Under the pieces are notes generated by a model. The model made no database searches, had not been told where the DNA came from, and was given only the letters and a program-made list of their open reading frames with translations. Of a stretch of 64,000 nt of DNA, positions 1-7,876 are shown piece by piece (the first letter of the stretch is position 1; each line of letters begins with the position of its first letter). This stretch comes from a virus: positions 4,079 to 68,078 of the IMG/VR virus record IMGVR_UViG_3300032291_002856. One strand, 5' to 3'. Position numbers and translations under genes: made by a program.

Positions 1-2
1 AT

Positions 3-521
3 GCAGGCATCTTCTACGTATTTAACGCGGATGATGTAGAAGGTTTTGTGCCACCACAAGAAGAAATTTCTGAAACACAGCGTCTTGTCGATGCAGAATT
101 CTTTCTGCACAAGCAAAGTCCTAAAGTCGTATTCGGCGACCCGACGCGTGCATTTTACACGCCTAACCAAGATTTTATCAACATGCCCGAATTTGTAAAT
201 TTCAAATCGCCAGAGGCGTACTACGCCACCCTGGCACACGAATTGGTACACTGGACCGGCCACAAGTCTCGACTTGACCGACTCAGTAAAGACCGCGGCG
301 TTGAATACGCAATTGAGGAATTGGTTGCCGAATTCGGATCAGCCATGATTTGTAGCCACCTGGGTATAGCATCCGAAACTCGCGAAGACCACCAGCAATA
401 TCTCAGCCTTTGGTACAGCCGTATCAAATCAGAGCCAGATATTGTACGCAAATGTGTGTTAAAAGCCTCACAGGCATTTAACTATATCAACAGCAGCAGT
501 AATGCAGAGGAGACGGCATGA
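3..521 (+). CDS. ArdC-like antirestriction protein, C-terminal zincin/MPTase domain (5' truncated by window edge)
   Basis: The frame is open from base 3 (AGIFYVFNADDVEG, an ArdC-type YxVFN motif), followed by RAFYTPNQDFINMP, YYATLAHELVHWTGHKSRLDR (HExxH) and YAIEELVAEFGSA. Confidence 0.8.
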   Translation, partial: AGIFYVFNADDVEGFVPPQEEISETQRLVDAEFFLHKQSPKVVFGDPTRAFYTPNQDFINMPEFVNFKSPEAYYATLAHELVHWTGHKSRLDRLSKDRGVEYAIEELVAEFGSAMICSHLGIASETREDHQQYLSLWYSRIKSEPDIVRKCVLKASQAFNYINSSSNAEETA

Positions 522-727
522 GCAACGCAAGCTACGTAGCATTTGAACACGCGGTGACTGACATGAAAGAAGCCATCAAGAAAATGGAAAAGTACATCGA
601 CGGAGAAGAAATCTCGCCATCAGAATTTCTGTACCTCCGTCAACTGTATCTCCAATGCCAAGAATTCACTGAAGCACTCGACAGTGCAGTCAACGGCGGA
701 GACTTAAACGAAGACTTCACCTGGTAA
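518..727 (+). CDS. hypothetical phage protein
   Basis: 69-aa ORF with an ATGA overlap to the upstream gene and a GAGGAG RBS. Confidence 0.65.
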   Translation: MSNASYVAFEHAVTDMKEAIKKMEKYIDGEEISPSEFLYLRQLYLQCQEFTEALDSAVNGGDLNEDFTW

Positions 728-738
728 ACGTAATAGCA

Positions 739-764
739 GCGGGGGTAGAATTTCCTGCCCCCGC
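739..764 (+). promoter_or_regulatory. conserved intergenic GC hairpin, copy 1
   Basis: GCGGGGGTAG-aatttc-CTGCCCCCGC with no U-tract, just upstream of an AGGAG RBS. A near-identical element lies at 2394-2418. Confidence 0.55.
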
Positions 765-780
765 ACACTTAGGAGACACC

Positions 781-1242
781 ATGCACAACCACGATGCACC
801 AACAATCGAAATCATCAAGGCCGCAAAAGACACAATAAACGAGGAACTCTACGAGCGACTCGAAGGTATCGGCACAGCAGTAATGGACAAACTCAAATCC
901 AAGCACTCCTCCCTCGTAGAAAACTTCGATGACCGCGTCATTGAGAAGTATCTCAACAACGTACTGAATGGATACTACGACCCATTTGAAGCTCTGTATG
1001 ACGAAACCGAGCTAGAACTGGCCATCGAAGAAGCTGACCCGTATCTCAACGAGCGCACGTGCGACAACTGCACAGGCGCGTATGCAACCATTCGCTGGTC
1101 AGATGGAGAAGTCCAGAAGGTTTTCTTTTCTTTTATGCAGGTTAGAGAAGATGGTGATGATGAAGCCGTCTTCTATTATATGGAGGATAGAAATGACCTA
1201 TACGTAGGCTACAGTAACGGGGAATGGACTATCGTAGAATAG
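781..1242 (+). CDS. hypothetical acidic phage protein
   Basis: 153-aa ORF with an AGGAG RBS and one CxxC. Confidence 0.65.
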   Translation: MHNHDAPTIEIIKAAKDTINEELYERLEGIGTAVMDKLKSKHSSLVENFDDRVIEKYLNNVLNGYYDPFEALYDETELELAIEEADPYLNERTCDNCTGAYATIRWSDGEVQKVFFSFMQVREDGDDEAVFYYMEDRNDLYVGYSNGEWTIVE

Positions 1243-1249
1243 GTATCCA

Positions 1250-1555
1250 ATGTCAAACGCTCTAGAGTTTTTCAGGTTCTTTCTTGCTAAACCTAACACA
1301 CAATTGTCTATACAACAGCGGTTCGCATCGCTGTATGTCTGTAGACTCTATGTTCAGGAAGGAGGTGAGATATTTTCAAGACCGGACCTAAAAAACCACA
1401 GACAAATTCTAGAACGTTGGCGCAATAAACAGCGCGTGTGGGTACACCCAGAAGCAGACGCTATCGTGTACTTCCACGCGCTCGACTTAGCCAAGCATCT
1501 ACGACTAAGCTACACGTTGGCCGAACGACTCGACCCTGACAATCGCATGCCTTAG
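1250..1555 (+). CDS. hypothetical protein
   Basis: 101-aa ORF that fills the gap in a tightly packed + strand operon. Confidence 0.55.
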   Translation: MSNALEFFRFFLAKPNTQLSIQQRFASLYVCRLYVQEGGEIFSRPDLKNHRQILERWRNKQRVWVHPEADAIVYFHALDLAKHLRLSYTLAERLDPDNRMP

Positions 1556-1568
1556 GAGCACGTGCACA

Positions 1569-2381
1569 ATGCAAAAGCATCTATTGCCTATCAATCTCAT
1601 CGAGAATACCCAAAACGGTAAACTCAAAGGCGACTCCGTAAACTACAACTTCTTGACTACATATCAAGAAGTCGGCCCTAGCTGCCCAACCAGTTGCTGG
1701 TTTCATCCGGAATCCATCCATCTCACCGAACGTAAGCTCATCGGCCTCAATGCGTGCTATACTCTCAAGGGTCAGATGGCCAGACACGTATCCAAAGCCA
1801 AATTCGCAAATGCAGTGTGGGACGGCAACGAGCTCAACATCCTGCGTCAAGACCTTGGCTTCAAGTTCCTTATGCACGCCTCAGGTCGCAAAGCAATCGA
1901 CGGTATTCGCTGGAGTACCGGCGGCGATATTCTGCACCCCGACACTGGCGAGGTGTGGGATGACTTCGTAGACCTTATCATAGACGCAAACAACAAAGCA
2001 CTCGAGCTCGGTATCCCCACCATTGGCTTCACAGCCACATGGCGTATGCCAGGCGCCCAACGTCTTCGTGGCCACTTCCACGCATCGTGCCAATCAGAAG
2101 CCGATGTGCTCGAAGCTGTAGCAATGGGATGGACCGTAGCATACGCAGTGCCCAAAGGCAAAGTAGAAGAAGCGCTGGCATTCTTCAAACTTCACGGCAT
2201 TGACGGCTGCTGGTGCCCCGAGCAAGCAGGTAAAACAGACTCGTGTGCCAATTGCGGCATCTGTGCACGCTACAACGCCTACGTCCACAAACAACATCCA
2301 CTAGAGCCTCACTTCATGCGGTATCGTCGCAAAGACCGCAGTATCAACGTACCACGCTCTATCGTGCTCGTCAGCCACTAA
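1569..2381 (+). CDS. Cys-rich Gp88-like phage protein (possible Fe-S/Zn protein)
   Basis: AGGAG RBS. Motifs SCPTSCWF, ACYTLKG, IRWSTGGD, FHASC and WCPEQAGKTDSCANCGIC. Confidence 0.55.
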   Translation: MQKHLLPINLIENTQNGKLKGDSVNYNFLTTYQEVGPSCPTSCWFHPESIHLTERKLIGLNACYTLKGQMARHVSKAKFANAVWDGNELNILRQDLGFKFLMHASGRKAIDGIRWSTGGDILHPDTGEVWDDFVDLIIDANNKALELGIPTIGFTATWRMPGAQRLRGHFHASCQSEADVLEAVAMGWTVAYAVPKGKVEEALAFFKLHGIDGCWCPEQAGKTDSCANCGICARYNAYVHKQHPLEPHFMRYRRKDRSINVPRSIVLVSH

Positions 2382-2393
2382 TCATTAGTAATC

Positions 2394-2418
2394 GCGGGGT
2401 AGTTAATCGCTGCCCCGC
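2394..2418 (+). promoter_or_regulatory. conserved intergenic GC hairpin, copy 2
   Basis: GCGGGGTAG-ttaatcg-CTGCCCCGC, 15 nt before the ATG at 2434. Confidence 0.55.
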
Positions 2419-2433
2419 AAGAAAGACACAGCA

Positions 2434-2682
2434 ATGCCAATCAGCCAAGACATTCGTGACATCCGTCTTAAGTACGACTGCGTAGTGTTCGACTGGACTA
2501 TCACAGACGTGGCCAACCAACTTCGCCGCATGCACCCAGAGCTCAGTATCGAAGAAGCATTCGAGCGCGCATTGCCCTTCTGGAACGACAAACTCAAGAC
2601 GGCAATCGTAGCATCCGTAATCGTCGCAGGTATCGAAGCTATCGAAACATACATCAATGAAAGAGACTACACCAATGGGTAA
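2434..2682 (+). CDS. hypothetical protein
   Basis: 82-aa ORF in operon context. Confidence 0.55.
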   Translation: MPISQDIRDIRLKYDCVVFDWTITDVANQLRRMHPELSIEEAFERALPFWNDKLKTAIVASVIVAGIEAIETYINERDYTNG

Positions 2683-3070
2683 TCGCACAGCAATCGGATT
2701 CCGTCGCCTTCATTCAGACCTCAACACTGTGTATTTGTACATCCACTGGGATGACTACGCAGGTATCAAACCAGAATTCTCGCCCCTTGTATCCCATATT
2801 GTCAACCACACTCGGCCACGCTGGGATGACTATGTCTACGCCACCCGTATGGCCATCTCGCATGTCATCGGAGATGAATACAACAGCCAATTCGGTTATG
2901 GGGTTACGGCAAATCACTATCCAGACATCGACTACCCATCAATCGCAATCATCAGCTTCCACGACCAGTGCATTACCCGAGTAGAGGCCAACCCAACACA
3001 AGAAACTCCCGAGGTAGTACTGTGGAGAATCAACTTCATGCACGTACAATACAACTACATAACAGAGTGA
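2675..3070 (+). CDS. conserved-type hypothetical phage protein (MGxR...YxHWD family)
   Basis: ORF track gives 2657..3070. The likely start is MGNRTAIG at 2675, and VYLYIHWDD is a motif typical of small phage early proteins. Confidence 0.6.
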   Translation: MGNRTAIGFRRLHSDLNTVYLYIHWDDYAGIKPEFSPLVSHIVNHTRPRWDDYVYATRMAISHVIGDEYNSQFGYGVTANHYPDIDYPSIAIISFHDQCITRVEANPTQETPEVVLWRINFMHVQYNYITE

Positions 3071-3092
3071 AAAAAAAAGCTAGCAGCAATCC

Positions 3093-3131
3093 AGGCCGGG
3101 CATGCATTCGTGCGTGCCTGGCCTTTTTTTT
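3093..3131 (+). terminator. rho-independent terminator ending the early block
   Basis: AGGCCGGGCATGCA-TTCG-TGCGTGCCTGGCCT followed by a T-run. Confidence 0.85.
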
Positions 3132-3200
3132 GTGTCGACGATGTCGGCCGCGCTGCGGCGCGGCGGAGTTTCCACGCAGCCAGGCAGGACCCGTGCCTCC

Positions 3201-3765
3201 TTTCTTGGGCGCTTCTTTCTTTTAAATCAGTTTTCCCAGCCTCTCCCCACATTTGCACCTTTTCTTGGGCGCTTCTTTTTTGGAAATCAGCTTTTTCCCC
3301 TCATCTCAGCCAGGCTCCGGATCCACCGAGGGTGCATGAGGGAGTCGGTCGGACTATTTTCGGCCAGCACGCCAAGTTTCCCCGCGATTCGTGCCACTTT
3401 TGACGCGTTCTGCTGCCATTTGCTGACGTTTCGGCCACTTATGGGACGTTATGTCAAGTTAACATTGTGATTTTTCTCCCAAAACAAAAGTTTAATAGCA
3501 CATTTTCGCTCGAGATCGCCGGCCACAGGCGTATTCTGCTGCAAAATAATGAAAATGTCGGAATTCTGTCACACACTAGCTCATTCAGCGTCCCACTTTA
3601 TTCCTCTGCCATATAAAAGTGACTGGGTAGTCATCATACTAGATAACCCCCAGCCACTATGAATCCCATCCCCACTGCCTGCCGTTTCTTGGGCGCTTCT
3701 TTAATTGAATTTAGCTTTTCACACGTCCTCTTTTCTTGGGCGCTTCTTTTATTTAATTCAGCTTT
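3201..3765. repeat. four direct copies of TTTCTTGGGCGCTTCTTT with a trailing AA(A/T)T(C/T)AG(C)TTT-like motif
   Basis: Exact 18-mer copies start at 3201, 3261, 3685 and 3732. Confidence 0.9.
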
Positions 3766-4100
3766 GAGCTCTTTACCCAAATATCCATAATCCGTACCTT
3801 TTCGTATGGACTGTCCTGTTCTACTTCTATTCTCGCCTCTAAATCTTTTTTATGCAGAGAAAGTACATATCGTAACGTATACCAGTATGTTGGCTGTTCC
3901 TTTGAAATACTAATGTCACAGCGATCAGCCATTGCAAGTAATTGTTTTACTTGTGTTGCTTTTCCTAATTCTGACAGCCATAAAGATGCGGCATCTGTCT
4001 TCTTCTTCATACTTGATTCAGATATCTCTTGTGCAGTGCTAATAACGCTCATAGCGTAATCTTCTTCTGTCCAGAGTTCTTTTTGTATGTATTCTTCCAT
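3753..4100 (-). CDS. hypothetical protein
   Basis: 115-aa ORF with an AAGGA RBS. It is the last gene of the - strand arm. Confidence 0.6.
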   Translation of the reverse strand: MEEYIQKELWTEEDYAMSVISTAQEISESSMKKKTDAASLWLSELGKATQVKQLLAMADRCDISISKEQPTYWYTLRYVLSLHKKDLEARIEVEQDSPYEKVRIMDIWVKSSKLN

Positions 4101-4135
4101 CTTGTATTTCCTTATAATCAGTTCCCCGGGGGAAC

Positions 4136-4753
4136 TTATTCCTGAGTCTGCATACGAGTAGCATGGGCGACCAGTTTATCTGCATACCCCTTGCCTGGTA
4201 CTGCCCACGTTCCTTCAAGACCTGCAAGAGTAGGTGCACATCCAACAACTTTCGGTGGCAGTGGTCGTCGAGCTGTGTGTTCCTTCAAGAACTCTTTTTG
4301 TTCGTGTGTTCTCTCTGGTTCTTTTGTAGCGTATCCAAGTAACCGCGAAATATGTCCGGGGACACTTCCTCGATCCCATGTATCAAAACGCAATCCCTTT
4401 TTCCATATGCGAGCCTCGTCGTCATAAGACCATTCCCAGTATGACGCATCCTTTGGTAGGCTCTTTGCTGTTTGCCCTGTTACTCCAATACCAGCGGGGT
4501 TTCTTCTTGGACGTTTACTCCAGAAGCTGCTCAAGAAACCAGTCTCGTGAATCATCTGTGCAATTGCTATGCATGGATCTACTCCAATTAACTCGCCTAC
4601 AGTAAAGTAAGCGGGGATAATTACGTTCTCCAAATCGTGGCGTGTGTAGTTTGACGACACAGGCATACGCTCGAACACATACTCGGTTGCCTGCTTTTGC
4701 GTGCACCGTGCAGGTGCCATAACCTTTGAATCTCTCGTTACTGGCTCACTCAT
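4136..4753 (-). CDS. glucosaminidase (GH73-like) peptidoglycan hydrolase, probable endolysin
   Basis: GVDPCIAIAQMIHETG (catalytic Glu), RRNPAGIGVTG and GLEGTWAVPGKGYADK. Confidence 0.8.
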   Translation of the reverse strand: MSEPVTRDSKVMAPARCTQKQATEYVFERMPVSSNYTRHDLENVIIPAYFTVGELIGVDPCIAIAQMIHETGFLSSFWSKRPRRNPAGIGVTGQTAKSLPKDASYWEWSYDDEARIWKKGLRFDTWDRGSVPGHISRLLGYATKEPERTHEQKEFLKEHTARRPLPPKVVGCAPTLAGLEGTWAVPGKGYADKLVAHATRMQTQE

Positions 4754-5003
4754 TACTCTCTCCCTCTGTGTAATAAAGATCAGGACCCATTAATACCCAC
4801 CGGCCAGGCTTACCGTCGTCTTGATTCGCTTGGTTAACTATCTCAACGACGGCATCCACCATGTAGTCAAGCATCACGTCTGTGAAGTCGTCATCACTAA
4901 TGCCAAGAACCATGCCACTTGAAATATGCGGGCTAAGTTCTTTGAGCATTGCTCTCCGCCAATCACTTGCGTTTAGCTCGCTTCCTTGTACCTTTAGCTT
5001 CAT
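4746..5003 (-). CDS. hypothetical protein
   Basis: 85-aa ORF overlapping both neighbours in the operon. Confidence 0.55.
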   Translation of the reverse strand: MKLKVQGSELNASDWRRAMLKELSPHISSGMVLGISDDDFTDVMLDYMVDAVVEIVNQANQDDGKPGRWVLMGPDLYYTEGESNE

Positions 5004-5427
5004 CTACCTTATCTTCCTTCTCAACAACAGGAAGAACTGACTTCTTCTCGGCAGCTTCTTGATATTCTTTTTCAAAATCAACAGCGTTAAGCTCTAAATC
5101 AATCAATTCTTCCTCCGACATAATCAAATCCTCAATGTTCTCTTCATTAACCTCAGCAGGCTGCAGCTTAATGTTGTTGTATCGCACAAGCTCTGCAAGC
5201 AATGTTTTCGGATCACTGTCTGTGTAGATCATGTGATACTGCACGTAATTATAAGTTAAGCGAAGTGTAGAGGTAATATCATACAAAACTGAATCAAGTT
5301 CCTCTAAATCTTTTCTATTATAACTCAAATTTAGCAAGTTAGCTCGCAATCGTTCTGTGATAACGTCGACAGCTGCTTTTAAAATTTTAATCTGATCTAA
5401 CTCGCTGCCCATTGACTCAGTCGTCAT
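4963..5427 (-). CDS. hypothetical protein
   Basis: ORF track extends to 5451. The likely start is MTTES at 5427, after an AGGAG RBS. Confidence 0.6.
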   Translation of the reverse strand: MTTESMGSELDQIKILKAAVDVITERLRANLLNLSYNRKDLEELDSVLYDITSTLRLTYNYVQYHMIYTDSDPKTLLAELVRYNNIKLQPAEVNEENIEDLIMSEEELIDLELNAVDFEKEYQEAAEKKSVLPVVEKEDKVDEAKGTRKRAKRK

Positions 5428-5867
5428 GACTTTTCTCCTAAATACGACCACGATTTGTTGTTAAGTCTGCTCGGCTTCTCTGGTGAAATGTACGCACACA
5501 ACGGAAAGAACGCCTGATAAAACTCTTCGTCAGTATGAGGTAACGGCGAAACCGCAGTCTCGTCATCCCCCTCTTCCTCATCTATCTCCTTACCGTCCTC
5601 GTCGTACAGCGGCGAGTCTCCAAGGAGATTACCAATAATGTTACCAACGTATTCGTAGTCATCTGGAACCTTTTCTCCCTCGGTAACAATAATAACTGTC
5701 CGAGGAACACTAGTTGCAAAATCGTCGTTACCTTCAATCATTAACCAGACAAAGTTCTCGTACTGCTGCACTCTTACTTTACCAGCCGGCGGAATTGAAA
5801 TCTCAACCTCGCGTGGCATAGTCTTCTGAGCAAGATTCATTAAAGGCTTAATTCTAAACTGTTTCAT
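5424..5867 (-). CDS. hypothetical phage protein with an acidic insertion
   Basis: 147-aa ORF with an ATGA-type overlap to the downstream gene. Confidence 0.6.
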   Translation of the reverse strand: MKQFRIKPLMNLAQKTMPREVEISIPPAGKVRVQQYENFVWLMIEGNDDFATSVPRTVIIVTEGEKVPDDYEYVGNIIGNLLGDSPLYDEDGKEIDEEEGDDETAVSPLPHTDEEFYQAFFPLCAYISPEKPSRLNNKSWSYLGEKS

Positions 5868-5882
5868 AGTTTCCCTACTTAC

Positions 5883-6515
5883 TTACTTAGTCTTGCGGAT
5901 AAAAGAAGTTAGATCGTTAATCCAGTTCTGAATGTCAATCATCTTAGACGAACCTTCGTTCATGCCAGAACGGATTAAGTAGAAAATGTCCCAAATTTTT
6001 GTCCACACAATATCCTCAATTTGTGTCTTTGTAAGACCACCAGCTGCAGCAGGTTTTTTCTCCAGCTCTGCAATGCGTTTTTCCAAAGCCACCATTTTTG
6101 CCATTGCCTGACTCGATTGTGCGTAACCCCCTTCAGCCCTTTTAGTGGCCGTCTCAATCATTTTGTTCACCAACGCTAACTGAGCTTCGTTAATGTTGAC
6201 TACCGTGTTCGATACAGTTCCATCTTCAGGAATAAACCCGGGGATTTCCTCAAGCACAATTTTTTTCGACCCCGCCTGATTGTGCACAAAGAAAAGCTTA
6301 CCCCAGAGGATAGCAAGACCGCCGTGATCTCCCGGGTAAAACAAGACTTCTTGCCTTGTTTTCATTCCTTTTGCAATACGCCATACTCTAATACCAAAAG
6401 GCGAACCCGGTGTGGTTGCACCCATAGACGTGATATACAAAGCACCCGACTTGTCTGTAATAGTGTCGGTTTTTGTCGCTGTGTATGTAATTAAACCTGT
6501 GTCAATTTTTGCCAT
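5883..6515 (-). CDS. hypothetical protein (beta-rich N-terminus, coiled-coil C-terminus)
   Basis: 210-aa ORF with an AAGGAG RBS. Confidence 0.65.
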   Translation of the reverse strand: MAKIDTGLITYTATKTDTITDKSGALYITSMGATTPGSPFGIRVWRIAKGMKTRQEVLFYPGDHGGLAILWGKLFFVHNQAGSKKIVLEEIPGFIPEDGTVSNTVVNINEAQLALVNKMIETATKRAEGGYAQSSQAMAKMVALEKRIAELEKKPAAAGGLTKTQIEDIVWTKIWDIFYLIRSGMNEGSSKMIDIQNWINDLTSFIRKTK

Positions 6516-6525
6516 GCTCGACTCC

Positions 6526-7611
6526 TTACTTGTTTAATAAATTTTCAATACGTTTCCCAATCCACGTAATTACGGGAACTGGCCATGAGTTACCCAATGC
6601 CCTAAATCTTAAGTAGTCTGGGCATTTTTCAGCTGGCTTGCCGTTATAAGGTATCTTAGTGTAGTTGTCAGGAAAACCTTGTAAGCGTTCATACTCTGTC
6701 GCGCTTAAGTTTCGCACAAGAGAGTCGCTAACAGCAATAATTTGAGACTGATCAGTAGACAAAGTGAACGTCTTATTTTCACTCGTAAGGAATCCACTTC
6801 CGCCGCCAAACTTATCGCTAAGCCGCTCTCCTCCCTTTTCCCCCGTGTACCGTCCCTTTCCTCTAAACTTATAAGCTATCGCTACAGCATCTCGTCCGGA
6901 TACATCTTCTTCATTGCCTCGTAAAGGTAAACCGGCACTCGTTTTTGAATCTTCGCTGCTCTCCGTACGTAACCCTGCGCTGCTTTTAAACTCAAATAAT
7001 ACTTGCCCAATGTCGATGTCTTCTCGAGCACTTGCGACAACAAACAAACGTCTGCGTCGTTGGGCAAGTCCGAAATGTTGAGCGTCCAGTACTCTCCAGA
7101 CAACTGTTCTTTTCGGCCCAACAACCAAACCCGCGTCTGCCCACCTTCTGTTTGATAACGTGATAGGTTCTTGCTCTCCGGCAAGCTCTCCAACAAAACA
7201 ACCGAAGGCATTGTCTGGCGTGTTGAGAACTCCTGGCACGTTTTCCCAAAAAACAATTGCGGGTTGCTGTCCGTTTGATCCTCTAATTTCGTCAATTGCA
7301 TCGGCTACCTCGCAAAATTTTAAAGTTAAGTTAGCTCTTGAATCTGTCAGAGATTCTCGATTACCTGCAGTACTGAATGCCTGGCAAGGAGTTCCGCCGC
7401 AAAGTATATCCGGGGATTCAGCTACTTTAGATTTTATCAAATCTTCTAGGCCGAGCATGTCCCCGTAGTTTACTACGTCAGGGTAGTGATGCTTAAGCAC
7501 AGCACTAGGGAATTGATCTATTTCACAGTACCATTGTGGCGCCCATCCGAGCTTGCCCCATGCAACTGTTGCTGCTTCGATGCCTGAACAAACTGATCCG
7601 TAAGTTAGCAC
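6526..7611 (-). CDS. DNA (cytosine-5) methyltransferase
   Basis: Motif I variant SVCSGIEA, motif IV GGTPCQAFS, motif VI WENVPG, motif VIII QRRRRLF, motif IX ERLQGFPD and motif X LGNS. Confidence 0.95.
   Translation of the reverse strand: MLTYGSVCSGIEAATVAWGKLGWAPQWYCEIDQFPSAVLKHHYPDVVNYGDMLGLEDLIKSKVAESPDILCGGTPCQAFSTAGNRESLTDSRANLTLKFCEVADAIDEIRGSNGQQPAIVFWENVPGVLNTPDNAFGCFVGELAGEQEPITLSNRRWADAGLVVGPKRTVVWRVLDAQHFGLAQRRRRLFVVASAREDIDIGQVLFEFKSSAGLRTESSEDSKTSAGLPLRGNEEDVSGRDAVAIAYKFRGKGRYTGEKGGERLSDKFGGGSGFLTSENKTFTLSTDQSQIIAVSDSLVRNLSATEYERLQGFPDNYTKIPYNGKPAEKCPDYLRFRALGNSWPVPVITWIGKRIENLLNK
6882..7301 (-). CDS. nested alternative-frame gene, M.EcoHK31I beta-polypeptide-like
   Basis: +1 frame ORF lying entirely inside the MTase gene. 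It carries GEYWTLNISDLPNDADVCLLSQVLE...KYYLSLKAAQGYVRRA. Confidence 0.65.
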   Translation of the reverse strand: MQLTKLEDQTDSNPQLFFGKTCQEFSTRQTMPSVVLLESLPESKNLSRYQTEGGQTRVWLLGRKEQLSGEYWTLNISDLPNDADVCLLSQVLEKTSTLGKYYLSLKAAQGYVRRAAKIQKRVPVYLYEAMKKMYPDEML

Positions 7612-7644
7612 GCGCTGCTCCTTAGTAAGATACCGTAAAACGGC

Positions 7645-7729
7645 TGGTGCCAGAGACGGGAGTCGAACCCGTACGAGTGTTCCTCAACGGTTTTTAAGAC
7701 CGTAGCGTCTGCCATTCCGCCACTCTGGC
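7645..7729 (-). tRNA. tRNA-Leu(TAA)
   Basis: GCCAGAG acceptor, anticodon arm ACGGT-CTTAAAA-ACCGT, long variable arm, GGTTCGACTCC T-arm and encoded CCA. Confidence 0.95.
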
Positions 7730-7730
7730 T

Positions 7731-7794
7731 TGGTTGTCACCGGTTGGAATCGAACCAACGCCATTCAAGTCCCTACCACTGGGCGACGGTGACA
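7731..7794 (-). ncRNA. 64-nt tRNA-like RNA lacking an anticodon arm
   Basis: TGTCACCG-TC-GCCC-AGTGGTA-GGGA-CTTGAATGGC-GTTGG-TTCGATT-CCAAC-CGGTGACA-A-CCA. It has a perfect acceptor stem, a D arm, a T arm and CCA, but only a 10-nt linker where the anticodon and variable arms belong. Confidence 0.75.
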
Positions 7795-7800
7795 CTTAAT

Positions 7801-7876
7801 TGGTGGGCCAAGCAGGATTCGAACCTGCAACCAAATCGTTATGAGCGATCTGCTCTGACCTTTGAGCTATTGGCCC
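7801..7876 (-). tRNA. tRNA with CAT anticodon, most likely tRNA-Ile2 (lysidine, reads ATA)
   Basis: GGGCCAA acceptor, GATCG-CTCATAA-CGATT, discriminator A and CCA. It lacks the initiator features (C1:A72 mismatch, GGG/CCC anticodon stem). Confidence 0.9.

Noticed and set aside
2968-3470. Short ORFs spanning the terminator and repeat region
   Set aside because: They cross a strong terminator and the DNA repeats, lack an RBS and have unprotein-like composition.
3201-3765. Possible CRISPR mini-array
   Set aside because: The repeat is only 18 bp, non-palindromic and irregularly spaced (60, 424 and 47 bp). There is no cas operon, and the Cas4-like nuclease sits in the replication module.
7731-7794. 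tmRNA, tRNA-Sec or tRNA-Ser(TGA) reading of the tRNA-like element
   Set aside because: No G3:U70 pair or tag ORF, and no long variable arm. The CTTGAAT segment resembles an anticodon loop but has no flanking stem.
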